NCBI RefSeq assembly: GCF_001945605.1
Contig: NZ_MPKA01000047.1
Span: 20,466 to 52,465, forward strand
Source: Dubosiella newyorkensis
Lineage (GTDB): Bacteria > Bacillota_I > Bacilli_A > Erysipelotrichales > Erysipelotrichaceae
Reading direction: 5' to 3'
DNA: 32,000 bases
Of this stretch, positions 1-8,047 are shown one piece after another. How positions within the stretch are numbered: the stretch's first letter is position 1; every line of letters begins with the position of its first letter. A program made the translations under genes and the position numbers. The notes under the pieces are model-generated. The model saw only the letters and a list, made by a program, of their open reading frames with translations, made no database searches and was not told where the DNA came from.

Positions 1-647
1 AACGAATGACTCACGGCTGGCGGAACGTTTTCGGGCATTTTGATCGTGATGTTGGCTTGCATGAGCTTGATGTAGATCATCGATGAAACAAGCCCCACGA
101 TCAAAGCGGTAAACAAACCAGTCGCTCCAGTGTAGGCGCTTCCTAAATATCCCCATTGCGTTACGGCAAGGCTGACTGTGTCTTCTTTTGCGATCGCGTC
201 GACGCCTAAGGCCTGCAGCGCGGATACGTTCGATGGATCGACTTGCTCGAGCACAAGATCGAAGACGGCGCTTTGATTCATACATGTGACAACGGCAGAA
301 AAGGCGATCACGCCTCCAGCGATCGGGTTGACATCATACGCTTTTGCCAAATGATAGCCTAGCGAGAACGCGAAGGCTAAAGCAAGAATCGTGATCGATC
401 CAAAATATACGCTACCGTTCACTTTGATGAGCGGATCCATCATCGCGGTAAACGAGTTTCCATCTCCCCACCAGGAATTTGGCAAATCGCGAACGAACAC
501 GTTGAGCAACACAGAGATGCTTCCGACCATCGTGATCGGCATGATGGCGATAAAACCATCACGAATGGCGACAAGGTGTTTTTGGTTGCCGATCTTGGCG
601 GCAACAGGCATAAAATGTTCTTGCATCCAATCTAAAAATCCATGCAT
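1..647 (-). CDS. PTS lactose/cellobiose-family EIIC permease, N-terminal part (gene runs off the left edge)
   Basis: Hand translation of the minus strand from ATG 647-645 is open all the way to position 1: MHGFLDWMQEHFMPVAAKIGNQKHLVAIRDGFIAIMPITMVGS...YIKLMQANITIKMPENVPPAV. The KIGNQKHL-AIRDGF start and the MPE-VPP motif are typical of EIIC(cel/lac). It is absent from the ORF track because there is no stop inside the window. Confidence 0.8.
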   Translation of the reverse strand, partial: MHGFLDWMQEHFMPVAAKIGNQKHLVAIRDGFIAIMPITMVGSISVLLNVFVRDLPNSWWGDGNSFTAMMDPLIKVNGSVYFGSITILALAFAFSLGYHLAKAYDVNPIAGGVIAFSAVVTCMNQSAVFDLVLEQVDPSNVSALQALGVDAIAKEDTVSLAVTQWGYLGSAYTGATGLFTALIVGLVSSMIYIKLMQANITIKMPENVPPAVSHS

Positions 648-699
648 AAAATAAAAATCCTTTCTATCGATTATTTTTAGTTCTGAATGGATTTAAACA

Positions 700-713
700 T
701 GAAAGCGCTTTAG
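700..713. promoter_or_regulatory. cre-like palindrome TGAAAGCGCTTTAG upstream of the EIIC gene
   Basis: Matches 12 of 14 positions of the TGWAANCGNTNWCA cre consensus. It sits just downstream of a possible minus-strand TTGAAT(742-737)-17 nt-TAGATT(719-714) promoter. The same AAAGCGCTTT core recurs at 28900-28913. Confidence 0.35.
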
Positions 714-773
714 AATCTATTGGTACGACCGAAAATATTCAATCTATTGTATATTGTATATTTAAACGTATAC

Positions 774-802
774 AAAAAAAGAGCGAAGAAATTCTTCGCT
801 CT
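774..802 (-). terminator. intrinsic terminator after rubrerythrin
   Basis: GAGCGAAG (781-788) pairs with CTTCGCTC (794-801), with a 5-nt loop. An A7 run at 774-780 gives a T-tract on the minus strand. The stop codon abuts the stem. Confidence 0.7.
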
Positions 803-1352
803 AGCAATCGTAATCGATCAATTGTTGGAAGTTTGCTTGTGGGTTTTGGCAAACAGGGCATTTGATTGGCGCTTCTTTGGCTTCGCAAATGTATCCGCAC
901 TTCAAGCACATCCATTTTACTGGTTCATCGCGTTTGAAGACAGTTCCCGATTGAACTTGGTCAAGCATCGCTTGGTAACGATCTCTATGATGATGTTCGA
1001 TATTTCCGACTTCACGGAATAAACGGGCGATTTCGGTGTTTCCTTCTGCTTCCGCTTCTTCTGCGAATGTTTTATACATCGTATCCCACTCATAGTTTTC
1101 ACCAGCCCAAGCATCAATCAAATTTTGTTCTGTGTTTGGAATGGATCCACCATGCAATGCTTTGAACCACATTCTCGCATGTTCGTTTTCATTGCCAGAC
1201 GTTTGTCTAAAAATATTGCCAATGACTTTATACCCTTCTTTATCGGCTTGCAAAGAATACCAATAATACTTGATACAAGCCATTACTTCACCTTGAAGCG
1301 CGGTTTTTAAATTGGCGATCGTTTTTTCGCCTTTAAGATCTACATCAAACAT
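801..1352 (-). CDS. rbr: rubrerythrin (ferritin-like diiron domain plus C-terminal rubredoxin-like CxxC...CxxC)
   Basis: ORF-track protein contains ENEHARMWF, EAEGN and a C-terminal CLKCG...CPVC. The start is moved to MFDVDLKG (ATG 1352), 8 nt after GGAGG (1365-1361). The track start at 1367 overlaps the SD. Confidence 0.9.
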   Translation of the reverse strand: MFDVDLKGEKTIANLKTALQGEVMACIKYYWYSLQADKEGYKVIGNIFRQTSGNENEHARMWFKALHGGSIPNTEQNLIDAWAGENYEWDTMYKTFAEEAEAEGNTEIARLFREVGNIEHHHRDRYQAMLDQVQSGTVFKRDEPVKWMCLKCGYICEAKEAPIKCPVCQNPQANFQQLIDYDC

Positions 1353-1422
1353 TTTGATTACCTCCATGTAGTTTCATTGTAGTCTTTCATGGAGACCAAA
1401 ACAAAAAGAACGCTCGAATAAA

Positions 1423-1812
1423 TCAATCGCTCGCCGCCCAAGATGGCATTTCTTTGCCACGGCGCACTAAGATCGCCTTTTGAAATTGGGTCTGGTTCAA
1501 AAATTGAAGGATCTTTTCCGTTTCTTTTTCAGTACAGCCGACAAGAAGTTTGACTTCGCAGTCTTTCTTTAAAATATCCGCCGAAATAGCGATCGCTTTC
1601 ACATACGATTCATGCAGGGTCCCTTTAAAAACATCGATCGGCGCTTGATCCGATCCAACCGTATCGGATAGAAAGCCATAATCCACAGGATACACTAAGT
1701 TGGAATACTTGAAATGCGAAGTACCTTTCGGCCGATCGATCGTGCAGGAACAGGATAAAAGAAGTGTATCCAGCTTTTGCCAAAAATACACATTATTCTC
1801 TAATTCTTTCAT
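1423..1812 (-). CDS. small inorganic-diphosphatase-like protein (function tentative)
   Basis: 129 aa, with a strong SD (AAGGAGGAAGA-ATG). The motif IDRPKGTSH...YPVDYGF...D..PIDVF resembles short PPase-family proteins of Firmicutes. This assignment is from memory only. Confidence 0.5.
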   Translation of the reverse strand: MKELENNVYFWQKLDTLLLSCSCTIDRPKGTSHFKYSNLVYPVDYGFLSDTVGSDQAPIDVFKGTLHESYVKAIAISADILKKDCEVKLLVGCTEKETEKILQFLNQTQFQKAILVRRGKEMPSWAASD

Positions 1813-1920
1813 TCTTCCTCCTTAACAATTCACTCAGTTTCATTATTATACATCTTTTTTGAAAATTTTTCATCCATCTGAAACATTTTATTTCAACTTG
1901 AAGAATCATATCCTCTCGCT

Positions 1921-1954
1921 TTCCAAAACAAAGGCCTTCTCTACTGAAAAGGCC
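1921..1954 (-). terminator. hairpin plus T-rich tract directly after the DUF871 remnant
   Basis: GGCCTT (1933-1938) pairs with AAGGCC (1949-1954), with a 10-nt loop. On the minus strand it is followed by TTTGTTTTGG. Confidence 0.45.
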
Positions 1955-1962
1955 AAAACACA

Positions 1963-2286
1963 TCATTTAACATTCTTATTCGGGATCATTTCGACATCCA
2001 TCCGCAAAATGTCGATTCCCATTTCTTTAAAAACGGAAAGATCGTCGTAATTGGCTCCGTTCTGCTCAAAAAACATTGTGTTGACATCGCCATCCACAAC
2101 ATAGCCAAGATCATGCGCGATCTTGGTGAGTTCTTGAAAATATTGAATGATTTCTTCTTTTGTTCCATCGACCGAAAAAATCGAGGTAAACAGATAATCG
2201 AAGCCATACTTGGCTCCCATTTTTAAATACGCTTCGATCTGTTCTTTGCTTTCTTGTTCCGGATATAAGCTGAGTCCTAATTTCAT
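1963..2286 (-). pseudogene. DUF871 / MupG-like (6-phospho-N-acetylmuramidase family) N-terminal fragment
   Basis: MKLGLSLYPEQ...YLKMGAKYGFDYLFTSIFSV...DLSVFKEMGIDILRMD matches the first ~105 residues of ~350-aa DUF871 proteins. The frame stops at 1963 and is followed by a terminator and the next gene's promoter/SD, so no downstream continuation exists. The start at ATG 2286 follows GGAGGAG. Confidence 0.6.
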
Positions 2287-2427
2287 AAAATTCTCCTCCA
2301 TTTTTCCATTATAAAGGATGTTCTTTCCAAAAAATGAAGAATGGATTTCCTAGCCGTCTGCTTCATTTTGCTTTTTTTCGATTGAATGGTGGATGGCGAG
2401 CGCTTATTTTCTTTTCTTCTTGGTCAC

Positions 2428-2451
2428 AAAAAAAGACGTGGGATTCACGCC
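2428..2451 (-). terminator. intrinsic terminator after scrK
   Basis: On the minus strand, GGCGTG-aatcc-CACGTC (6 bp, one G-U pair) is followed by T7 (A7 at 2428-2434 on the plus strand). Confidence 0.6.
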
Positions 2452-2465
2452 TTTTCCGCTTTTCT

Positions 2466-3422
2466 TTATGGTTGTTTGAATGTTTCGATATATTGGTCCA
2501 CTTCTTCCATCGTTGGCATCGATTTCAGGGCGCCGATCCGCGTCGTGACGATCGAGGCGGCCGCATTGGCATGAACGAGCATATCGGCCAGCTTTTCTTC
2601 ATCAAAATCTTCAAATGGCGTCTCGCATAAATAAGAGAGGCATACACCACAGAACGTATCGCCCGCTCCTGTCGTATCGCAGGTGTTGCGATTCAAGAAC
2701 GCATCTTTGTAGACATGATGACCATTGCAGTAGACTTGCGCTCCTTTCGGTCCAGAAGTCACCAAGATCATTTTGATCTTATAGTTGTCCTGCAGCTCTT
2801 TTACGCCTTCTTCGATCGTTTCTTTTCCAGTCATGAATTTGAGTTCTTCATCTTCGATCTTGAGAAAATCACATAAAGCGCAGCCCGCTTTCATTTGTTC
2901 TCTCGCTTCGTTGAGATCACTCCATAACGGAGGACGCAAGTTTGGATCAAAGGAAATGATCGCTCCATGCTCTTTGGCGCAGGCGATCGCTTTTTTTGTC
3001 GCTTCGCGCACGCCTTCATGCGTCATGCTCAATGTTCCAAAGTGGAAGATCTTCGAGTCCTTGATCAAGTCTAGATCGACCTCTTCTTCTTTGAGCATCA
3101 TATCCGCGCCAGGGTTGCGGTAAAACGAGAAGTCTCGATCTCCGGTTTCATCGAATTTTACGAACGCGAGCGTCGTGCGGACTTCAGGATCCATCACTAA
3201 GCCGGATGCGTCGATGCCAATTTCTTCGATCACCGATTTTAACTGATTGCCAAACATATCGTCGCCGACTTTGCCAATAAAGGCCGTCTTCTTTCCCGCT
3301 TTATTGAGCATGGCTAGCACATTGCATGGAGCTCCGCCCGGATTGCCTTCGAAGGTGTTTATATCCTGTTGCGCAAAATCGATCAATAATTCACCAAGTG
3401 CTGTTACGTCTTTCGTTTTCAT
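2466..3422 (-). CDS. scrK: PfkB-family fructokinase
   Basis: 318 aa with GELLIDF, a GGAPCNV N-terminus and a C-terminal DTTGAGDTF motif. It is the last gene of the sucrose operon and follows a GGAGAGGGAA SD. Confidence 0.85.
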   Translation of the reverse strand: MKTKDVTALGELLIDFAQQDINTFEGNPGGAPCNVLAMLNKAGKKTAFIGKVGDDMFGNQLKSVIEEIGIDASGLVMDPEVRTTLAFVKFDETGDRDFSFYRNPGADMMLKEEEVDLDLIKDSKIFHFGTLSMTHEGVREATKKAIACAKEHGAIISFDPNLRPPLWSDLNEAREQMKAGCALCDFLKIEDEELKFMTGKETIEEGVKELQDNYKIKMILVTSGPKGAQVYCNGHHVYKDAFLNRNTCDTTGAGDTFCGVCLSYLCETPFEDFDEEKLADMLVHANAAASIVTTRIGALKSMPTMEEVDQYIETFKQP

Positions 3423-4848
3423 TTCCCTCTCCTTTTTCCTCTTCTTCTCTTTCGATCGTATAATGGTCCATCGTTCGAACTTGGAGTTCCATGGACCGAT
3501 CTATAGCGATCGAATTCATTTTCATACTATCATAGATTCTTGTCGTTAGCGCATATTCTCCGTTATTTATAAAGATTTCCAGGCTTGATGTATCACTAAA
3601 TAGATCAATCGTATGAATTTGTTTTATTTCGATATGACGTTGATCTCGGCCATAACCAGAATCTCCTAAGGAAAAGGTAAGCAATCCATCTTGATACTGT
3701 AGGCAAGCGTCTTCCCTAAGATCGATACGGAATGAATCAGCGTCGATCGCAAACGTTGCATGAAAACAAGGTGTTTTCACATCATACAACTCGTTCGCTT
3801 TTAACGTTCCTTGATACAGATCCTTTTGTAAGGAAAGGACTTCTTCGATCGGAAATTGATACAAGCGATCTTGTTCGAACCATAATTTTCTTGGCAAAGT
3901 CAATGCGTGCTGCCATCCCTTTTCAACGGTAGGATTGGTATAGTCGACATCGGGCAAGCCCATCCAGCCGATCAAAATCCTTCTGCCTTTCGCGTCTTGA
4001 TACGTTTGTGGCGCGTAAAAATCAAAACCATGATCCAATTCTGTAAATTCGGAGAGTGTCATTTGATCTTCTAGCTCACCCTGAACGAGAAAGTAGCCAT
4101 TTTGATACAAATTTTCGTAGCGATAGCCTTCTTGTTCCACACCTTGCGGGCATGTGAGCAGCACTTTTTTTCCATCCAATTCAAAGAGGTCGGGGCATTC
4201 CCACATATAGCCAAACGGTTCGTCTTTTTCTAAACGGGCATGGAATGTCCAATCGTTCAAATTTAAAGAGCGATACACTAAGATCAATCCTCGATCTTCT
4301 CGCGTTCGAGCGCCAAGCACCATATAATACGTTCCATTTTCTTCATAGATTTTCGGATCTCGAACATGACAACTCATATCTTGTGGATAGTCTTCGTTTT
4401 TCATGACATTTCGCTTTTCAGAAAATGTGATTCCATCTTGTGAAGTAAAGGTGTTCACATAGTGGCCGCGCCCTTGATAAATATAATCGTGATCTCCTTC
4501 AAATTTGATATTTCCTGTATAAAAGAAGTGGATCGTATCCTCTTTGATCATTGCGCTTCCAGAATAGACGCCATCGCGATCTAGCGCTGTATCTGGCACG
4601 AGATCGATCGGATGTGAAACAAAAGTTTTCCAGTCTTTTGTTGAATAGTGACCCCATCCTTTTTGTCCTCCTTTTGGCTCAAGCGGAGAATATTGATAAA
4701 AGATATGGGTGATCCCGTCTTTTTCACAAAGACCATTCGGATCGTTGAGCCATCCAACTGGCGGCATTAAATGATACGAAAGCCGCCATGGATCGCTGGC
4801 AGCTTCATGCATCTGCGCTCGTTCATATTGATTCCAAAAATTTTTCAT
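3391..4848 (-). CDS. scrB: sucrose-6-phosphate hydrolase (GH32)
   Basis: 485 aa with WLNDPNG, RDP and WECPDLF, the GH32 catalytic motifs. It lies between PTS EII(scr) and fructokinase. The 3' end overlaps the scrK start by 32 nt. Confidence 0.9.
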   Translation of the reverse strand: MKNFWNQYERAQMHEAASDPWRLSYHLMPPVGWLNDPNGLCEKDGITHIFYQYSPLEPKGGQKGWGHYSTKDWKTFVSHPIDLVPDTALDRDGVYSGSAMIKEDTIHFFYTGNIKFEGDHDYIYQGRGHYVNTFTSQDGITFSEKRNVMKNEDYPQDMSCHVRDPKIYEENGTYYMVLGARTREDRGLILVYRSLNLNDWTFHARLEKDEPFGYMWECPDLFELDGKKVLLTCPQGVEQEGYRYENLYQNGYFLVQGELEDQMTLSEFTELDHGFDFYAPQTYQDAKGRRILIGWMGLPDVDYTNPTVEKGWQHALTLPRKLWFEQDRLYQFPIEEVLSLQKDLYQGTLKANELYDVKTPCFHATFAIDADSFRIDLREDACLQYQDGLLTFSLGDSGYGRDQRHIEIKQIHTIDLFSDTSSLEIFINNGEYALTTRIYDSMKMNSIAIDRSMELQVRTMDHYTIEREEEEKGEGNENERRNSTW

Positions 4849-4860
4849 TGTCTTCCTTCC

Positions 4861-6828
4861 TTAAGCGAGTTTGAGCATTTCTTGTCTTGAGCTCACCGTT
4901 TCTTCATGGAGCGCTTCGAATTCTTTTCCGTTCGTGATAAGCACTGGCGTTTCTATGGATAGACCAGCATCTTTGATCATCTGCAGATCGATCTGCATCA
5001 AAACTTGTCCAGCGCGCACTTCGTCTCCATCTTTGACACAAACTTCAAATGGCTTTCCTTCTAGACTTACGGTATCCAAGCCTACATGGATCAAGATCTC
5101 TTCTCCATTTTCTCCTTGTAGACCAATGGCGTGTTTGGTCGGGAACACCATCATGACTTTTCCGTTGACTGGAGATAGAAGCGTGCCCTCTTCGGGTATG
5201 ATCACGACGCCATCACCCATCGCTTTCGAAGCGAACATCGCATCCGAACATGCGCTGATCGGACGAACCGAACCGCTCATTGGAGCGTATAAAACGTTAG
5301 GTTGCGCATCCAAAAGCGTGATTTCATCGTGGGCTTTTACTTTCTTGGATGGTTCTAATTCTTCTTGCGCGAATTTTTTCATCAAGATCACGGTCATAAT
5401 CGCGCTCGTAAGAATGGAAATTCCTAAGCCGATCGCAAAATTCAGCCAACTTTGTGGCGCGATCGAAATGATGCCTGGCAAACCAGCCGCACCCATCGCC
5501 AAAGCGAGTGTTTTTGTTCCCGCGATCCAGGCTGAACCAGCTGCTGAACCGATGATCGCCGCGTAGAATGGATATTTCAGTTTCAAAGTCACACCAAACA
5601 TAGCTGGTTCTGTAATTCCAAGGAGCGCTGAAATACCCGAAGCGGTGCATAAAGATTTTAATTTTTCGTTTTTAGTCAAGAAGAGCACGGTAAGTACCGC
5701 AGCTCCTTGAGCGACATTGTTCATCGAGGCGATCGGGAAGATAAAAGAGCCGCCCGTCGTTTCGGATGCCGCGATCAGTTGCGTTTCGATCGCCGAGAAG
5801 GAGTGATGCATTCCGGTAATGGTGATTGGCGCGTACAACAATCCAAAGATCGCTCCGCCTAAGAAGCCTAGCGTCGAGTAGAGCCATGACAATCCAAAGG
5901 CCAGCAAATCGCCCGCTTCTCTAAGAAGTGGTCCTACAAACAAGAATGTAAGAGCGGCCGTGATCAATACGGAAAGAAGCGGAGTCGACAAGTTGTCGAG
6001 CCAGCTAGGCGTCACTTTGTGGAGTCGTTTTTCAATATTGGCTAAGATCCACGAAACCGCAAGAACGGGCAGCACAGTTCCTTGATAACCGATCGCTTCT
6101 ACGCTTAAGCCAAACCAATTCCAGGTCGGAATCGTTTCTGCTGAAGCGAGCGAATACGCGTTGAGCAGATCAGGATGGACCATGATCATTCCCATGGCCG
6201 CCCCTAGATACGGGTTGCCGCCAAACTTTTTCGTCGCTGAAAACCCGATCAGCACAGGCAAGAACGTGAACGGAGCAGCCGCACACATGTTGATGAAGGT
6301 GGCGATGCCTGCCATCGCCGGGAACAAGTCGATGATCGATTTTCCTTCAACAAACAAACCTTGGGCGGTCAATACGTTGTTGAGTCCCATCAACAAACCG
6401 CCAGCGACGATCGCTGGAATGATCGGAACAAAAATATCCGAAAGCACTTTGACGGTCCGCATGAGCGGATTGCCTTTTTTCTCTTCCGCTTCTTCCACTT
6501 TCGTTTCAGAGGCTCCTAATCCGGTTTGGTTCAAGACTTCCGCCGTGACAAGATTCACGGTTCCGGAACCAAAGATGACTTGATATTGATCATTCGCCAA
6601 AAATACCCCTTTGACTTGGTCGACGTCGCTGAGCTCGTCTTCGTTGACTAGATCGTAGTTTTTGAGTTTCATCCTAAGTCGAGTCGCGCAATGCATAGCT
6701 GAAACGATGTTTTCTTTGCCACCAACATATTGAATGACTTGTGAAGCGATTTTGATGTTTCCATACCTTTCTTTCTCCTCTTTCTTTTTTTTGGTACCCT
6801 TATGGTCTTTATATGGAACCGATTTCAT
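4861..6828 (-). CDS. scrA: PTS sucrose-type EIIBCA; the 5' end is uncertain
   Basis: EIIB motif GGKENIVSAMHCATRLR, a multi-TM EIIC and an EIIA motif ILIHVGLDTV. The track ORF extends to 6933, through the promoter. The start is set provisionally at ATG 6828. The SD-preceded ATG at 6764 is out of frame (see finding). Confidence 0.8.
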   Translation of the reverse strand: MKSVPYKDHKGTKKKKEEKERYGNIKIASQVIQYVGGKENIVSAMHCATRLRMKLKNYDLVNEDELSDVDQVKGVFLANDQYQVIFGSGTVNLVTAEVLNQTGLGASETKVEEAEEKKGNPLMRTVKVLSDIFVPIIPAIVAGGLLMGLNNVLTAQGLFVEGKSIIDLFPAMAGIATFINMCAAAPFTFLPVLIGFSATKKFGGNPYLGAAMGMIMVHPDLLNAYSLASAETIPTWNWFGLSVEAIGYQGTVLPVLAVSWILANIEKRLHKVTPSWLDNLSTPLLSVLITAALTFLFVGPLLREAGDLLAFGLSWLYSTLGFLGGAIFGLLYAPITITGMHHSFSAIETQLIAASETTGGSFIFPIASMNNVAQGAAVLTVLFLTKNEKLKSLCTASGISALLGITEPAMFGVTLKLKYPFYAAIIGSAAGSAWIAGTKTLALAMGAAGLPGIISIAPQSWLNFAIGLGISILTSAIMTVILMKKFAQEELEPSKKVKAHDEITLLDAQPNVLYAPMSGSVRPISACSDAMFASKAMGDGVVIIPEEGTLLSPVNGKVMMVFPTKHAIGLQGENGEEILIHVGLDTVSLEGKPFEVCVKDGDEVRAGQVLMQIDLQMIKDAGLSIETPVLITNGKEFEALHEETVSSRQEMLKLA

Positions 6829-6834
6829 ATCTAT

Positions 6835-6863
6835 ATGATAGTTTTGTTCCATATATTTGTCAA
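6835..6863 (-). promoter_or_regulatory. candidate sigma-A promoter of scrA (TTGACA-17 nt-TATCAT)
   Basis: On the minus strand, TTGACA (6863-6858), a 17-nt spacer and TATCAT (6840-6835). Confidence 0.5.
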
Positions 6864-6871
6864 TCATTTTT

Positions 6872-6886
6872 TTGTAAACGATTTCT
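6872..6886. promoter_or_regulatory. cre / LacI-family operator candidate TTGTAAACGATTTCT
   Basis: Fits every position of the degenerate cre consensus WTGNAANCGNWNNCW. It lies in the scrA-scrR divergent region, 9 nt upstream of the scrA -35. Confidence 0.5.
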
Positions 6887-6940
6887 AAGCAAAAAAGATC
6901 GATTAAACATGGAACAATCCCATATTTATTCACAAATTTT

Positions 6941-6955
6941 ATGGAACAGTTCCAT
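6941..6955. repeat. perfect 15-bp palindrome ATGGAAC-A-GTTCCAT, one of four ATGGAAC/GTTCCAT copies in the scr control region
   Basis: Read directly from the sequence. Related copies are at 6813-6828 (ATGGAACCGATTTCAT), 6846-6852 (GTTCCAT half-site) and 6909-6923 (ATGGAACAATCCCAT). Confidence 0.6.
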
Positions 6956-6962
6956 ATTTTAC

Positions 6963-6991
6963 TTGAAACTAGTATCGATCAATTCTATAAT
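6963..6991 (+). promoter_or_regulatory. near-consensus sigma-A promoter of scrR (TTGAAA-17 nt-TATAAT)
   Basis: TTGAAA 6963-6968, a 17-nt spacer and TATAAT 6986-6991. The scrR ATG (6998) is 6 nt downstream of the -10. Confidence 0.6.
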
Positions 6992-6997
6992 GTAAGC

Positions 6998-8020
6998 ATG
7001 AATCAGAAACGTATCACAATGAAGGAAATCGCCATAGAGGCGGGTGTGGCGAAAAGCACAGTCTCCCGCTATTTCAATGGTGGATATGTGAAAGAAGAGA
7101 CTAGAGAAAAGATCCGGAAAGTCATTGAAGCGCATCATTACGAGCCTAGCGCGGCCGCTTCGAATTTAAAGGCGAAAGAAACGAAAACGATCGGCGTGAT
7201 CGCTCCAACGATCGACTCCAACACTTCTTCCCGGTTGCTGACGAGCATGAACGCCTACTTAAAAGAAAAAGGCTACACGGTCATCTTGATCGATACCAAT
7301 CATGATATAAACGACGAGATCCGATCGATCCAATATTTTGAAAGTCTTCGCGTGGATGGGATCATTCTCGTAGCGACCAACATCAACTTGATCCATCAAA
7401 AACTCGTCCATGAATCGCAGATCCCGATCTTGATCGTGGCTCAGCATTTTAAAAACGGGTTTTCGATCATCTACGATGATTATCGAGCTGGCTATACAGC
7501 TGGCGAATATGCGGCAAAAATGGGCCATGAAAACATTTTGTATCTCGGTGTCAACCGGGTGGATGAGGCGGTCGGCGTTCAAAGACGAAAAGGAGTGATC
7601 GAAGCGCTTGAAGAACATCAAGTGCCCCGCATCCATACGCGAGAGACGGATTTCTCGTTTTCAAAAGCGCGCAAAGTGATCCGCCATTATTTAAAAGATC
7701 ACCATCCGACTATGATCATTGCGGCCACAGACAATCTAGCGCTCGCTTGTTATAAGGAGATCACAGAAAAAGGCTTGAAGGTGCCCGAAGATATTTCTTT
7801 GATCGGTTTTGGAGGCTACGAGGTCAGCGAACTGCTCACGCCTTCCTTATGTACGATCCGCTTTGATTACAAGCTGGCTGGCCAAATGGCTGGTTCTACG
7901 ATCTTGTCGCTGATCAAAAAAGAGCCGGTCGCCACGACACAAGTAATCGGATTTGAATTGATCCATGGCCAAAGCGTGAAAAATCGACGAAAAAAAAGCC
8001 TCTCTTCAACGACAAGTTGA
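6998..8020 (+). CDS. scrR: LacI-family transcriptional regulator, sucrose operon repressor
   Basis: N-terminal HTH ITMKEIAIEAGVAKSTVSRYFNGG plus a periplasmic-binding-protein-like sugar domain, divergent from scrA. The track start at 6941 lies inside the palindrome/promoter, so the start is moved to MNQKRITMKEI. Confidence 0.85.
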   Translation: MNQKRITMKEIAIEAGVAKSTVSRYFNGGYVKEETREKIRKVIEAHHYEPSAAASNLKAKETKTIGVIAPTIDSNTSSRLLTSMNAYLKEKGYTVILIDTNHDINDEIRSIQYFESLRVDGIILVATNINLIHQKLVHESQIPILIVAQHFKNGFSIIYDDYRAGYTAGEYAAKMGHENILYLGVNRVDEAVGVQRRKGVIEALEEHQVPRIHTRETDFSFSKARKVIRHYLKDHHPTMIIAATDNLALACYKEITEKGLKVPEDISLIGFGGYEVSELLTPSLCTIRFDYKLAGQMAGSTILSLIKKEPVATTQVIGFELIHGQSVKNRRKKSLSSTTS

Positions 8021-8033
8021 TCGAGAGGTTTTT
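7999..8033. terminator. bidirectional intrinsic terminator between scrR and the flavin reductase remnant
   Basis: CCTCTC (7999-8004) pairs with GAGAGG (8023-8028), with an inner TCAAC/GTTGA stem. It is flanked by A8 (7990-7997) and T5 (8029-8033). The scrR TGA lies inside the stem. Confidence 0.7.
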
Positions 8034-8047
8034 ATATTGTAGCTTTA

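Noticed and set aside
391-1022. Plus-strand track ORFs 391-654 and 720-1022
   Set aside because: The first is antisense to the hand-verified EIIC frame. The second spans an intergenic region, a terminator and the antisense of rubrerythrin. Neither has an SD or a recognisable motif.
2334-2430. ATGAAG...CTTCAT inverted repeat with a T-run upstream of the DUF871 remnant, as a regulatory hairpin or terminator
   Set aside because: The stem is only 6 bp with a ~23-nt unstructured loop, which is too weak to call.
4871-5566. Long antisense ORFs (4871-5566, 231 aa; 18188-18838, 216 aa; 13276-13782, 168 aa; 19643-20125, 160 aa; 8805-9350, 181 aa) that could be overlapping genes
   Set aside because: Each lies fully antisense to a gene with clear family motifs. 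Their products are low-complexity (R/D/I/S-rich), they lack SD sequences, and their length is explained by the GATC-rich, stop-poor antisense composition.
6829-6997. N-terminal extensions of the track ORFs for scrA (to 6933) and scrR (from 6941). Similar extensions occur at 23961, 25327, 25850, 27238, 18847 and 22569.
   Set aside because: The extensions run through promoters, palindromes or upstream genes. Conserved family N-termini, with an SD or an ATGA junction, occur at the downstream ATGs used here.
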